Assembly (NCBI GenBank): GCA_963723495.1
Contig: CAVRQR010000008.1
Coordinates: 74,867-138,866, forward strand
Origin: an uncultured Acidobacteriota bacterium
GTDB lineage: Bacteria > Acidobacteriota > Vicinamibacteria > Vicinamibacterales > UBA2999
Direction: 5' to 3'
Length of the DNA stretch: 64,000 nt
The notes beneath the pieces are model-generated. The model did no database searches. It saw nothing but the letters and a program-made list of their open reading frames with translations, and was not told the origin of the DNA. Positions 18,422 through 28,698 of this stretch are shown piece after piece (the first letter of the stretch is position 1; each line of letters begins with the position of its first letter). The position numbers and the translations under genes were made by a program.

Positions 18422-19900
18422 ATGCAAGGATGTGCATTCCGTGCGCGGGCAAATCTGTTGCCTCCAATTTCAGAATTGGTGACGCCCCGTTCGCAGCCAT
18501 CAGCGCTACGCCTGTCGGACGTACTGGCGGGCCTCTCTCATGCTCTCGACCTGACCGAGGGACAACGGGAGGGGCACGCCGTGCGGACTTGCCTCCTCGG
18601 GATGCGAATCGCCGACGTGCTACGGCTCGATCGAGAACTGCGTTCGCCCCTCTTCTACGCACTACTCATGAAGGACCTGGGCTGCTCCAGCAACGCTGCC
18701 CGGTTCGCTGCGCTGTTTCGCGCCGACGATCACGACGTCAAGGCCGATCTCAAGCTCACCAACTGGTCGCACGCGCTCGACTCGTTCCGCTTCGTCGCAA
18801 GAAACGTGGCCCCCGGACAGTTCTGGCTTCGTCGCGTCTGGCAGTTGCTCGGCGTGTTGTCGCGCGGCCCGGAGGGCGCACGCGAAGTCGTGGTCACGCG
18901 ATGCGAGCGCGGCGCCGACATCGCATGCATGCTTGGTCTTCCTGAGGAGACAGGGTGCGCCATTCGTGCGCTCGACGAGCACTGGGATGGGCGGGGGCAA
19001 CCGTACAATCTCAAGGGCGATAGCATCCCGCTGCTGGCGCGCATACTCGGCCTCGCCCAGACCGCTGAAGTGTTCTTCAGCGCACATGGTCCGGACGCCG
19101 CATTCGAGATGGCCATCGCGCGCCGAGGACGCTGGTTCGACCCAGCGATCGTCGAGGCGTTTCTGACTCTCCGCAAGGACAGCAAGTTCTGGCAATCGCT
19201 GTCGGACGAGAACCTCCTCGCGCGGGTGGCAGCCGCCGAGCCGGCGAATGAAGTTCAGATCGTCGATGATGGCCGGCTCGACCTCATTGCCGAGGCGTTT
19301 GCGCTGGTCATCGACGCCAAGTCGCCGTGGACCTTCCGGCATTCCAAGGGCGTCGCTGATCTCAGCGTCGCGATCGCGCGTGCCATGGGCATTGCCGAGA
19401 AGACGCTGGGTGACGTGCGACGGGCCGCGTTGCTACACGACATCGGGAAGCTCGGCGTCTCGAGCCTGATTCTCGACAAGCCGGAGAAACTGACCGCTGC
19501 CGAATTCGCGGTCATGCGCGAACACCCGCTCAAGACGCGGGCGATCCTGAGTCGCACCGGCTGTTTCAGCCATCTCGCGGACATCGCTTCGTCGCATCAC
19601 GAACGTCTCGATGGACGTGGTTACGATCGGGCCGTGGCCGAGCCGCCGGTACTTGCCCGCATCCTGTGCACTGCCGATATCTGCGATGCGCTGAGCGCGT
19701 CACGGCCGTACCGCGACGGCATGCCGCCCGAGCGTGTGCTCGAGATCATGCGTCGCGAAGTCGGAACTGGCATCGATCCGGAGTGCTACGCTGCGCTCGA
19801 ACAGGTTCTCGGCACATGTCACGGGCGCGCCGTGACCGACAACACTCCGGCCGCTCGATCCGTGCCGGCCCTCGCCGAGGACTACGCCCAGGCCGCGTAG
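18422..19900 (+). CDS. HD-GYP domain protein (phosphodiesterase-type), tandem HD-like domains
   Basis: Contains HDIGKLGV...HHERLDGRGYDR motifs. The start is uncertain: ATG 18422, or TTG/GTG at 18476/18479. Confidence 0.8.
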   Translation: MQGCAFRARANLLPPISELVTPRSQPSALRLSDVLAGLSHALDLTEGQREGHAVRTCLLGMRIADVLRLDRELRSPLFYALLMKDLGCSSNAARFAALFRADDHDVKADLKLTNWSHALDSFRFVARNVAPGQFWLRRVWQLLGVLSRGPEGAREVVVTRCERGADIACMLGLPEETGCAIRALDEHWDGRGQPYNLKGDSIPLLARILGLAQTAEVFFSAHGPDAAFEMAIARRGRWFDPAIVEAFLTLRKDSKFWQSLSDENLLARVAAAEPANEVQIVDDGRLDLIAEAFALVIDAKSPWTFRHSKGVADLSVAIARAMGIAEKTLGDVRRAALLHDIGKLGVSSLILDKPEKLTAAEFAVMREHPLKTRAILSRTGCFSHLADIASSHHERLDGRGYDRAVAEPPVLARILCTADICDALSASRPYRDGMPPERVLEIMRREVGTGIDPECYAALEQVLGTCHGRAVTDNTPAARSVPALAEDYAQAA

Positions 19901-19970
19901 ATCCCACCGCCCGGGCATCGTGCGCTGACCGTCGTTCGTTCTACCGTGACAGTGTCTACGAGGGCGCTCG

Positions 19971-20918
19971 TCAGTTACTCGGAACCAGATTCACCTGGAT
20001 CCGCTTGAGGAACTTCACGGGCACGCCGTCAACGCTTGCCGGCTGGTACTGCCAGAGGCGTGCGGCACTGACAGCGAGCCTGTCGTACTGAGGGGTGATG
20101 GGCGCAATCATGGACGCCGACTCCACTCTACCCGTCGTGTCGATCACAACTTCAATCACACCCGTCTGAGGAACGCGAATCTGACCTGGGAACGGCGGAA
20201 TCTGCTGGATCTGTGGGATCGGCGGTACGACGTTCGTGTCGCTCGCGCTGTAGACCCTCCTGGTCGCGACGGCGCGCGACGGTGACCCGGGGACTCCCCG
20301 GGACGTGGGCGGCAGTTCCGGAACGACCGGGGCCTGCGGAAGCGCCCTCGCGACCGGCGCCGGCGGAGTGGCCGCCTTCGCGCTCAACTCATGGAAACCG
20401 GTTGCGAGCGTGCGGATGTCAGACAGAGGTGACTTGGTCGCCTGCATCTGCACATCGGGGTCGTCGAGCACAGCGAGCACCAGCGCGAAGCCACGTTGGG
20501 CAGCGGTGTAGTCCTTGAAATCGAAGGCAGCCTTGGCTTCCTGATACGCACTTTGCACCGCTGCCGGCAGCATGCGCTTGCGCGTCTCGCTGTAGGTCGA
20601 GCGTACGCGCGGCGGCAGATCGTTCGAGGGACGATACAAGGGGTCACGAGTAACCAGTCCCTCCATGACGCCCTTCGCATCCGCCTCCTTGCCAGTCGCC
20701 ACCATGCACAGGACGCGATAGAGCTCGATCGTCAGGTGTTCCTCGCGTGGCCGCTCCGTCGCACGCAGTCCATCGAGCATGGCGAGGGCTCTTTCGTATT
20801 CAGCCGACGCGTAGAGCTCCTTGGCGGCGTCGAGCGATACCTGGGCCTGGACGTTGACCGTGACGAGGAACAGAAATGCGGCAGCGATGGTGGTCGTCTT
20901 GACTCGCATGATCCTCAC
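19971..20918 (-). CDS. exported TPR-like protein with a TonB C-terminal-like domain
   Basis: A signal peptide is followed by a helical-repeat N-terminal half and a Pro-rich linker. The C-terminus GVIEVVIDTTGRVESASMI...ARLWQYQPASVDGVPV is TonB_C-like. The GTG start overlaps the upstream stop as GTGA. Confidence 0.7.
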   Translation of the reverse strand: MRIMRVKTTTIAAAFLFLVTVNVQAQVSLDAAKELYASAEYERALAMLDGLRATERPREEHLTIELYRVLCMVATGKEADAKGVMEGLVTRDPLYRPSNDLPPRVRSTYSETRKRMLPAAVQSAYQEAKAAFDFKDYTAAQRGFALVLAVLDDPDVQMQATKSPLSDIRTLATGFHELSAKAATPPAPVARALPQAPVVPELPPTSRGVPGSPSRAVATRRVYSASDTNVVPPIPQIQQIPPFPGQIRVPQTGVIEVVIDTTGRVESASMIAPITPQYDRLAVSAARLWQYQPASVDGVPVKFLKRIQVNLVPSN

Positions 20919-22105
20919 CTCTGTCTCATGTCGACGCTCACCTTGGCGGGTGCGTTGGCCGTAACGAGCGCGCGGACATGCTTCTCACCGAGCTCGGGAT
21001 GACGGAACAGCACCTCGTGCGATCCAATCGGCACCGAGATGTTGCCGAGCGGCGTCTCGCCCACCTGGCGGCCATCCACCCAGACCTCGGCCCAGGGGGT
21101 CGCGTTGAATGACATCGTTCCGCTCGGCCACGGCGGCTTGATCGCCGACACGCGACCTGGTGTCACGTTCACGACCAGGCTCTCGCTGAACCCGAACGAT
21201 TCGTTGATCATCGTCAGCTCGTGACGGCCGACGCCCACCATGATGCGGTCGCTCTGGCTCGTGCCGAGCAGGCGTCCTTCCTCGAAGATCTGCAGCTGCG
21301 CGGGCGCCGTCACGGCGATCCATCCCGAGAGCGGCGCGTTCTTCGGCGTACCCAATGGCACCACGAGCGACGCGGTCGTGCCGGCTTCGATCTTGACTTC
21401 CTGCGTGATCGAGCCCAGTTCGTTCTCGAGGATGACCGAGTGCGTCCCCGGGGCCAAACCTTCCACCGTCAACGGGGCCCTGCCGTACACATGGCCATCG
21501 ACAGTCACCTGCGCACCTGCGGGTTCAGTGCGCACCTGCAATTCGCCGAGCAGGGACGAAGCACGTGGCAGCTCGACCAACTGCGAGACCTGACCACCGG
21601 CGGCGATCGTGACCGGCATCGATCGAACGTTTCCTTCGTTGGCCAGCTTCAGCGTGTGTCGGCCTGGTGAGAGGTCGAGGCTGAGTGGTGTGACGCCACG
21701 CGGCTGACCATCGATTTCAACGGTGGCGCCGCTGGGGTTGGTCTCGACCAGCAGCGTCCCCATTCCGTCGGCCGCCACGGGAGCAGCCATGTAGCGAAGC
21801 GCGGCGAGCGTGATGACCGACGTGAGCGCAATCAGAAGAGCCGCGGCCGCCGCGAGCTTGAAGCGGGAAAGCGGGAGCGCCACCGACTGTCGAACCTGCT
21901 CCACCGGTTGCGGCGGGGCCTCGACATTGGCCTGCGTCGACTTGTTCCAGAACCCTGACGACGGATTCGCCGCTGCCGGCTTGACCGGTGGCTGCGTCGC
22001 CGCCGAAGCCGCGGCCGGCGCAGGCGTGTGCGAAGCAGACGCGCGCGAAGCGGATCCCTGAGATGCCTGCGGGGCAGACGACGGTGTGGGATTCGTGTTC
22101 GGCAT
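20915..22105 (-). CDS. PEGA-domain protein with a TM helix; probably the C-terminal part of the upstream kinase-like gene
   Basis: From ATG 22105 there is a Pro/Ser/Ala-rich linker, then the TM helix LAAAAALLIALTSVITLAAL, then repeated PEGA-type modules (TLLVETNPSGATVEIDGQPRGVTPL..., ELQVRTEPAGAQVTVDGHVYGRAPL...). Confidence 0.7.
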   Translation of the reverse strand: MPNTNPTPSSAPQASQGSASRASASHTPAPAAASAATQPPVKPAAANPSSGFWNKSTQANVEAPPQPVEQVRQSVALPLSRFKLAAAAALLIALTSVITLAALRYMAAPVAADGMGTLLVETNPSGATVEIDGQPRGVTPLSLDLSPGRHTLKLANEGNVRSMPVTIAAGGQVSQLVELPRASSLLGELQVRTEPAGAQVTVDGHVYGRAPLTVEGLAPGTHSVILENELGSITQEVKIEAGTTASLVVPLGTPKNAPLSGWIAVTAPAQLQIFEEGRLLGTSQSDRIMVGVGRHELTMINESFGFSESLVVNVTPGRVSAIKPPWPSGTMSFNATPWAEVWVDGRQVGETPLGNISVPIGSHEVLFRHPELGEKHVRALVTANAPAKVSVDMRQR

Positions 22106-22109
22106 AGGC

Positions 22110-23141
22110 GTGTGACACAGGCGAAGCCTGATTGGAGGTGGACGGAACGACAACAGGTTTCGACGGCTTGACTGGCGTCTGAATCGAGGCAGCAGGCGCC
22201 TGGGTCGGCTGGGGTACAGCCTGCTGCGGCGACTCCTCAATTCCCACCGCCGCGTGATATCGCGATATGAATCGCTTCAGGGCGTCCATCTCAGCGATCG
22301 GATCGCTGTAATGGAGCACGCGATCGAGTTCGGCCCACGCCTCGGGTGCCGAACCGAAGGGCGTCTTCGAATCGATCTGCAGCGCGCGCTGCAACCACAC
22401 ACGCAACGGAAGTGGCAGCGGCTCGAGTGCCCCATCCGACGACAACGCGAGCGCGTTGGCCGTCATCTCGCTGATCTGTCCGGGGAATTCATCCTCGGCC
22501 ATCGGACGTCCGATGACCAGCGCCAGTGCCGTGGCGCCCACCTGCATCACGTCGGTTCGCCGATCGAAGTGCGGCATGCCGAACGATCGCGGGATCGGGA
22601 CGCGCAGATCCTGCCAATACTGTTTGTTCGAGTAACGAAGACGTTCAATCGCCGAACCGAACACGTATTCGACGACCACGAGACGCGCGTGCGGCGTCAG
22701 GATCAGTCGCTCAGGCCCGATCGCACCGTGACAGATATCTGGCGCTTTGTCGTGCAGCACCGCTATTGCATGAACGAGCTGCCGCAGGAGGCATAGCGCC
22801 GCGTTGATCTCGACAGGAAGGAGATGACGCTCGGCGGCTGCGAGAATCGTCGACAGCCTGATGCCAGGGACATGGTCGGACACGACGGCCAGTCTGGGTA
22901 CTGACTTGCCCGACCTCTCCAGGCTGCGCACGCGACCAAAGTGTTCTGACTGAAAGTCCGCAAGGCGCCCTACACGATCAGCGACAGCTGCCTCCACGAC
23001 GGCCGCCGCTGTCAGCTCGTCGCGCAGCGTCAGCACTTCCAGCTGATTACCGTTGATACCGACGGCCAACCGGCGCTGACCAAAACCGTCCTCGAACACC
23101 GCCTCGCTCGGGGACGAAACGCGGGCGATCACAGAGTCCAC
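22110..23141 (-). CDS. protein kinase-like domain (predicted pseudokinase), N-terminal part of a split kinase-PEGA gene
   Basis: Has a kinase-like fold, but the catalytic loop reads ICHGAIGPERLIL instead of HRDxKxxN. Beyond about 22110 its frame becomes Arg/Gly-rich junk, while the PEGA frame becomes sensible. Confidence 0.7.
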
Positions 23142-23279
23142 GGTAAGACTGTCGGCGTGAACCGTGCCAAGTTGTACAACGCCGACGGTGAGGCCGCCCT
23201 GATCTCAGAATTGGTGGAAATGCTGAGAGATCTGGCATCGCCTACCAGGGCGGCGACGACACCTTCGTGACGTCGGGGA

Positions 23280-23309
23280 CCGGACGACGCTTACAGAATC
23301 GTCGTCCGG
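23280..23309. other. perfect 10-bp hairpin downstream of the SDR gene
   Basis: ccggacgacg, cttacagaat, cgtcgtccgg. The T-run (ggtttt) follows only on the plus strand. Confidence 0.5.
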
Positions 23310-23351
23310 AGTGCGGTTTTCGTAGTGCGTTTGGCGCGCTGAGTGCAGGCA

Positions 23352-24167
23352 CTATGCGGGGCGGGCGTTCACGTTCAGGCCGCCGTCGAGAATGATTTTG
23401 GCGCCGTTGTAATAGCGTGCGCGATCGGACACCAGAAACACCACCGTGTCGGCCACTTCATCCATCGTCGCCCACCGCCCGGCGAGGATGCCCATTCGCT
23501 TGCAGAAGCTGGCGACGAATTCGGCCGTGGTGACGTTCTGCTGCTTGGCCATGTTCTCCGCCCACGCGTCCCGGCCTTCGGTACCCACCAGGCCCGGGAC
23601 CACCGTGTTCACCGTGATCTGCTGGCTGGCAAGATCAGTCGCGAGGTAGCCCGTGGCTTGATTCATCGCGGCGTTGTTCAGCCCGTGCGTGAGGGCCGGC
23701 GCCCACACGATCGTGGAAGCCGTCCCGCTGATGTTGATGATGCGGCCGGTGCCATCGCCAGGCATCAGAGGAAGGAATGCGCGCGTCACGCGCAAGGCGC
23801 CGAGGATCTTGTTGTCGAGATCTCCGATCCAATCGCTGTCCGGCCACAGGATTTGCCGGTCCATGCGGCGCATCGGGCCACCGGCGTTGTTCACCACGAT
23901 GTTCACCGTGCCGAATGCGTCCTTGGCCAGCCTGGCCGCGGCATCGACCTGCTCGGCGCTCGTGATGTCGGCACGAGCCGCGACCACATCGACGCCACTC
24001 GCTTTCCTGATGTCTTCAGCGGTCTTGTCGAGCGCCTCCGCATTGCGGGCGATCAGCACCAGCCTGACTCCCTCTGCGGCCAAGCCGCGCGCGATTGCGC
24101 GACCGATGCCCTTGCTCCCTCCGGTGATGACCGCGGTTCTGCCTGAAAGTCCCAATTCCATCGCCAC
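23352..24167 (-). CDS. SDR family oxidoreductase
   Basis: Contains the TGGSKGIGRAIA Rossmann motif and an NNAG motif. 271 aa. Confidence 0.9.
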   Translation of the reverse strand: MAMELGLSGRTAVITGGSKGIGRAIARGLAAEGVRLVLIARNAEALDKTAEDIRKASGVDVVAARADITSAEQVDAAARLAKDAFGTVNIVVNNAGGPMRRMDRQILWPDSDWIGDLDNKILGALRVTRAFLPLMPGDGTGRIINISGTASTIVWAPALTHGLNNAAMNQATGYLATDLASQQITVNTVVPGLVGTEGRDAWAENMAKQQNVTTAEFVASFCKRMGILAGRWATMDEVADTVVFLVSDRARYYNGAKIILDGGLNVNARPA

Positions 24168-24302
24168 GTCGTTTCTCCTCCTCTGAACGGCCGATATGGT
24201 ACACGCCGCCCCGATCCTATGTCCGCCTGACCCGGCCCGTCATGCGACCTCAACTGGAACTAGTCGAGGGCTCCGCCGGGATGTCAAGAGCGGAGTCCTT
24301 GA

Positions 24303-26546
24303 CTAGTTCCGGTCCAGCGTTTCGCGCGCCTTTGCTGCGAGCGTCCGGAGAACGAACGGCTTCTGCAGGAACGACTCGCGCGCCTCGTATACTCCGTGCC
24401 GCAGCAGCGTGTCGTCGGTGTAGCCGCTCATGAACAGCACCTTGAGGCCGGCAAGTTCGGTGCGAAGTCGGTCAGCCAGATCACGGCCGCTCATATTGGG
24501 CATGACGACATCGGTCACCAGCAAATCGATTTTCGCAGCGCGTTCCCGGACGAGGTGCAATGCCTCGGCACCGTCCCGGGCAGTCATCACCGTGAACCCG
24601 TAGTTGCGCAGGCCTTGCGCCAGCAGGTGTCGAACGGCCTCCTCGTCTTCCACGATCAGGACGGTTTCAGTCCCGCGCGCGACCATCTCGATCGGCGTTG
24701 GCGCCTGTTGCTGCACGACAGGGATGTCATCGACGAGCGGAAGAGCGATCGAAAACGTCGTTCCTTGACCTTCCTCACTCTCGACATCGATGTAGCCACC
24801 ACTCTGCTGCACGAAGCCGTGTACGACGGCAAGACCCAGACCTGTTCCGAGGCCGACTCCCTTGGTCGTGAAGAACGGTTCGAAGATGTGCGCCTTCACA
24901 TCGGGGGACATGCCGTGGCCAGTGTCGCTCACCACCAGGCGGACATATCGCCCGGGCGCCATGTCCTGGCCGTCGGCGGACACGACGCCGGCAAGGTCGG
25001 CCTGCTCCGTGCAAATCGTCAGCTTTCCGCCAGCAGGAAGCGCATCGCGGGCGTTCAGCGCAAGGTTGATCAGGACCTGTCCGAGGTGGCCGGGGTCGAC
25101 CTTGACATGTCCGCCAGTCGGGTGGAGCGTGACAGTCAACAGGATGTCTTCGCCAATCAGGCGGCGCAGGATGTGTTCGGTCTCCCGGACGATGCCGTTG
25201 ATGTCCACCACCTTCGGCGTGAGGACGGCTCGCCGGCTGAACGCCAGCAGACGTTGCGTGAGGGAGGCTGCGCGATGTCCGGCATCGGCGATCGCGCGCA
25301 CATCGCCGCGGAGCGGATCCTCCGGTGGCAGCTTGTCGAGCAGCATCCCGCAGTAACCTTCGATGACCGTCAACAGATTGTTGAAGTCATGCGCGACGCC
25401 ACCGGCGAGCTGCCCGATGGCCTCCATCTTCTGCGCCTGCCGGAGTTGCGCTTCCAATTGAAGACGTTGGCTGATGTCGGTCATGCTGCCGCGAATCAGG
25501 ATGCGGCTGGGATCTGGCAGGCGGACGAGACGCACCTCACACGGGATCTCGCGTCCATCGCGCGCACGATGCCTCCACTCGAAGAATGGGGTGGCTCCCC
25601 CGACCGCCTGCCGGATATAGCTGGCGGCCGCATCGGTGGATCGGCGTCCGTCGGGTTGAAACTCAGGGCTCACATCGACGGGCGTTTTCGAGGCCAGCTC
25701 AGACGCTGGCCATCCGAACATGTCAACGGCTTTCTGGTTGAACTCGACGAAGCCGCCCGCCCCGAGATCGAGGACGACGATCGCGTCGGGCGCCGATTCG
25801 ATGAGGGTGCGATACCGCTCCTGACTGGCCGCGAGGCGCTCGTCGCGATGTGCGGACTCGCGTGACAGCAGCAGCGACAAGACTGGTACCCAGACTGCAA
25901 ACTGAAAGGTGCCGGTGTACGGGAGAGGCAGGCGCGCGACATCGGCCAGGAACGGCATGATGGTGGCAACAATCGCCGTCACTCCAGTCGTCACGATGAC
26001 AGCGCCAGCGAGTCGGTCGCGGCGTGACGTCCGCCATCCCAAGTGCACGACGTACGCCTGAATGAAGAACACCAGCGCGTAGACAGGCGCGGCCCACGGC
26101 CAGCCCGGAGCCCGCTCGAGGATCGTCAGCGTTTCACCCCAGGCAAACTGAGTCGGACGCACCCCGATCACGGTTCCGGTGATCGGAACAGCAAGCGCGC
26201 TGAGCGCGGAGACCGACAGACACGCAACCGTCACGAACGTGCGTATCCGGTCCGAGCCGATCGCTGCAATCTCGGAGACGACCGATAGCAGCAGCGGATA
26301 CGTGAGAAGGGCAAACGTGGTCCGCAGATTGAGCGTGACCTGTGCTGAGGGCACTGAATCGGCCGTCATCACGCCGATGAGGATCACCGCAGTGATGCCG
26401 ACAGTCGTCGAATAGGCAGAGAAGATCAGCAGCACGCGCTCGCGCCGCGACCACCACCACATGAGAAAGTAGTGGAGCGCGGCGAACGCCATCATTCCTC
26501 CGATGGCGATATTGACGTAGGCGATTGGTCCCATTGCGGGCCGCAC
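24303..26546 (-). CDS. hybrid sensor histidine kinase/response regulator with a multi-TM N-terminus and a PAS domain
   Basis: About 7 TM helices, then PAS, then the H-box (GGVAHDFNNLL), N/G boxes (NARDA, DTGHGM, GLGLAVV), and a C-terminal receiver (LIVEDE...LLVTDVVMP). Confidence 0.9.
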   Translation of the reverse strand: MRPAMGPIAYVNIAIGGMMAFAALHYFLMWWWSRRERVLLIFSAYSTTVGITAVILIGVMTADSVPSAQVTLNLRTTFALLTYPLLLSVVSEIAAIGSDRIRTFVTVACLSVSALSALAVPITGTVIGVRPTQFAWGETLTILERAPGWPWAAPVYALVFFIQAYVVHLGWRTSRRDRLAGAVIVTTGVTAIVATIMPFLADVARLPLPYTGTFQFAVWVPVLSLLLSRESAHRDERLAASQERYRTLIESAPDAIVVLDLGAGGFVEFNQKAVDMFGWPASELASKTPVDVSPEFQPDGRRSTDAAASYIRQAVGGATPFFEWRHRARDGREIPCEVRLVRLPDPSRILIRGSMTDISQRLQLEAQLRQAQKMEAIGQLAGGVAHDFNNLLTVIEGYCGMLLDKLPPEDPLRGDVRAIADAGHRAASLTQRLLAFSRRAVLTPKVVDINGIVRETEHILRRLIGEDILLTVTLHPTGGHVKVDPGHLGQVLINLALNARDALPAGGKLTICTEQADLAGVVSADGQDMAPGRYVRLVVSDTGHGMSPDVKAHIFEPFFTTKGVGLGTGLGLAVVHGFVQQSGGYIDVESEEGQGTTFSIALPLVDDIPVVQQQAPTPIEMVARGTETVLIVEDEEAVRHLLAQGLRNYGFTVMTARDGAEALHLVRERAAKIDLLVTDVVMPNMSGRDLADRLRTELAGLKVLFMSGYTDDTLLRHGVYEARESFLQKPFVLRTLAAKARETLDRN

Positions 26547-26602
26547 GATGGTACTGTAGGTGACCGCCTCGACCTATACTGAGCGTCCCGCAAGGAGGTC
26601 CC

Positions 26603-27829
26603 GTGATTAAGAGGATGCATCTGCCGCCCATCACGCTGGCATTCGCCGCACTGCTCGTCGTGCTGCTCTCGAGCGCCGGAACGGCGCAGCAGAAAGTTCC
26701 GTTTCGCGGGAACACGCCGATCGCTCCCTCCGGAATTCCCCGGATCCCGCTGCCCACAGAACCCATGGTCTATGACACCGCCGAGGGCCAGCGCATTCGA
26801 GTCGTGGTGCACGCGAGCGGGCTCTCGCATCCGTGGAGCCTGGCATTCCTCCCTGATGGCGTCATGTTGGTGACGGAGCGCGATGGTCTCCTGCGTCTCA
26901 TTCGCAACGGCGTCCTCGACCCGAAACCAGTGGAGGGCCTGCCGGCCATCAGGCGTGCGGGGCTTGCCGGCCTGATGGACCTTGCGCTGCATCCCCAGTT
27001 CGCCACCAACAAGTTCGTCTACATCTCGTACTCGAAGCCGCTCAACGAGAAGGAGAACGCCACGGCGATCGCACGCGGCCGCTGGAACGGCACGACACTC
27101 ACCGATGTCCGCGATGTGTGGGTAGCTCCGGCGGGCGTCGGCGGTGGCGCGCGCATGGCCTTTGGCCGTGACGGGTCGCTGTATGTGACAACCGGCGGTG
27201 GTGGCGGGAACGCCCCGCAGGATCCGAATGGCCTGAGCGGCAAGGTTCTGCGCCTCAAAGACGACGGCACGATACCCAGCGACAATCCGTTCGTCGGTCG
27301 ATCGGGCCATCGTCCCGAGATCTACACAATGGGACATCGCAACTCGCTCGGGCTCGCGGTGCACCCTGGTACCGGCGAAGTCTGGCAGAACGAGAACGGC
27401 CCGAACGGTGGTGACGAGATCAACATCCTCAAGCCGGGCGCCAACTACGGATGGCCACTGGTGAGCCTCGGACGGACCTATCCGGGACCGTGGCAGTCGA
27501 CACAGTTCTGGCGCGAAGGCTTCGAGTGGCCGGTCGTGTACTGGACGCCGTCAATCGCGGTGTCTGGAATGACCTTTTATACGGGCGATCAGCTGCCGAA
27601 ATGGAAGGGCGACGTGTTCGTGGGCGCGCTGCGTGAAGGTGAGATTCCCGGGACCGGTCACCTCGAGCGGATCCTGTTCAACGAGCAGATGGAGGAATTG
27701 CGCCGGGAGTCGCTGCTTCAGCCGCTCCGTCAACGCATCCGCGACGTCAGGCAGGGTCCCGACGGACTGCTCTACCTGCTGACCGACGAGGACAACGGAG
27801 CGGTGCTGCGAATCGAACCGGCGCCGTAG
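26603..27829 (+). CDS. PQQ-dependent sugar (glucose/sorbosone) dehydrogenase family protein, exported
   Basis: Signal peptide, then GHRNSLGLAVHPGTGEVWQNENGPNGGDEINILKPGANYGWP, typical of the soluble beta-propeller dehydrogenase family. AAGGAGG lies 4 nt before GTG 26603. Confidence 0.85.
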   Translation: MIKRMHLPPITLAFAALLVVLLSSAGTAQQKVPFRGNTPIAPSGIPRIPLPTEPMVYDTAEGQRIRVVVHASGLSHPWSLAFLPDGVMLVTERDGLLRLIRNGVLDPKPVEGLPAIRRAGLAGLMDLALHPQFATNKFVYISYSKPLNEKENATAIARGRWNGTTLTDVRDVWVAPAGVGGGARMAFGRDGSLYVTTGGGGGNAPQDPNGLSGKVLRLKDDGTIPSDNPFVGRSGHRPEIYTMGHRNSLGLAVHPGTGEVWQNENGPNGGDEINILKPGANYGWPLVSLGRTYPGPWQSTQFWREGFEWPVVYWTPSIAVSGMTFYTGDQLPKWKGDVFVGALREGEIPGTGHLERILFNEQMEELRRESLLQPLRQRIRDVRQGPDGLLYLLTDEDNGAVLRIEPAP

Positions 27830-27837
27830 GAGGGCCG

Positions 27838-28278
27838 ATGGCCGACAAGGAGCAGAGCTATTCCAATCACGCGCAGATCGTTCCGATGTATCACTACGTG
27901 GCGCTGGGCCTCCTCCAGCTCACGTTCATCGGCGCGTGCGTCAACCTGTATCAGTCGTGGGGCGACCATCAGCGGCTGTACAGCGCGTCGCTGCTCGTGA
28001 CGCTGACATTTGCCACGACGCTGGTCGCACTTTACGCGCGCACCTTTGCACTCAAGGCGCAGGATCGCGCGATCCGCGCGGAGGAGCAACTGCGGCACTA
28101 CGCGATGACGGGCAAGCTGCTCGATCCGCGACTCACCGTGAAGCAGATCGTCGGTCTACGCTTTGCCTCGAACGAGGAGTTCGTTGCACTGGCGCAGCGC
28201 GCAGCCGATCAGGGGCTCTCACCCAAGGACATCAAGCAGGCGGTCAGGAACTGGCGAGCTGATACGTATCGCGTCTGA
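27838..28278 (+). CDS. small membrane protein (DUF6526-like)
   Basis: 146 aa with two TM helices. The N-terminal YSNHAQIVPMYHYV resembles the family as I recall it. Confidence 0.55.
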   Translation: MADKEQSYSNHAQIVPMYHYVALGLLQLTFIGACVNLYQSWGDHQRLYSASLLVTLTFATTLVALYARTFALKAQDRAIRAEEQLRHYAMTGKLLDPRLTVKQIVGLRFASNEEFVALAQRAADQGLSPKDIKQAVRNWRADTYRV

Positions 28279-28296
28279 ACCTCCGGATGTGATGCG

Positions 28297-28650
28297 TCAG
28301 GCAATTGCGGAGTGATGCTCGGGACCGTACACACCAATCACACCAAGAAGGCGCGTCACCGAGAGCAACTGGAGATTGCGGCCCGTCACGTTCTGTAGTT
28401 TGAGCCAGCCACTCGCCCGCTGCGCGTTCAGGTGCATTTGCGCAATCGTACCGAGGCCGCAGCTATCGATATACGGCACGTTGGCCAGGTCCAGCACGAG
28501 GCGCACTCGGCCGGCCTGAAGGTGGCGGTTGAAGACGGTCTTCAGGTCGGCTTCGTTCTCCACCGTGACGCGCTCGCGAGGCTGCAGGACGACGACTTCG
28601 GAGAGAATTTGTTCGATCAGGTCCATAGCGGACGCTCTCATAAGACTCAA
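28297..28650 (-). CDS. STAS domain protein (anti-sigma-factor antagonist type)
   Basis: Carries the LDLANVPYIDSCGLGTI motif. The TTG 28650 start has GGAGG 4 nt upstream. Alternative ATG starts are at 28641 and 28626. Confidence 0.8.
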   Translation of the reverse strand: MSLMRASAMDLIEQILSEVVVLQPRERVTVENEADLKTVFNRHLQAGRVRLVLDLANVPYIDSCGLGTIAQMHLNAQRASGWLKLQNVTGRNLQLLSVTRLLGVIGVYGPEHHSAIA

Positions 28651-28698
28651 CGAGCCTCCGCCCGCGACCGAACACGGGTCGCCCGAAAAACTACTGGC

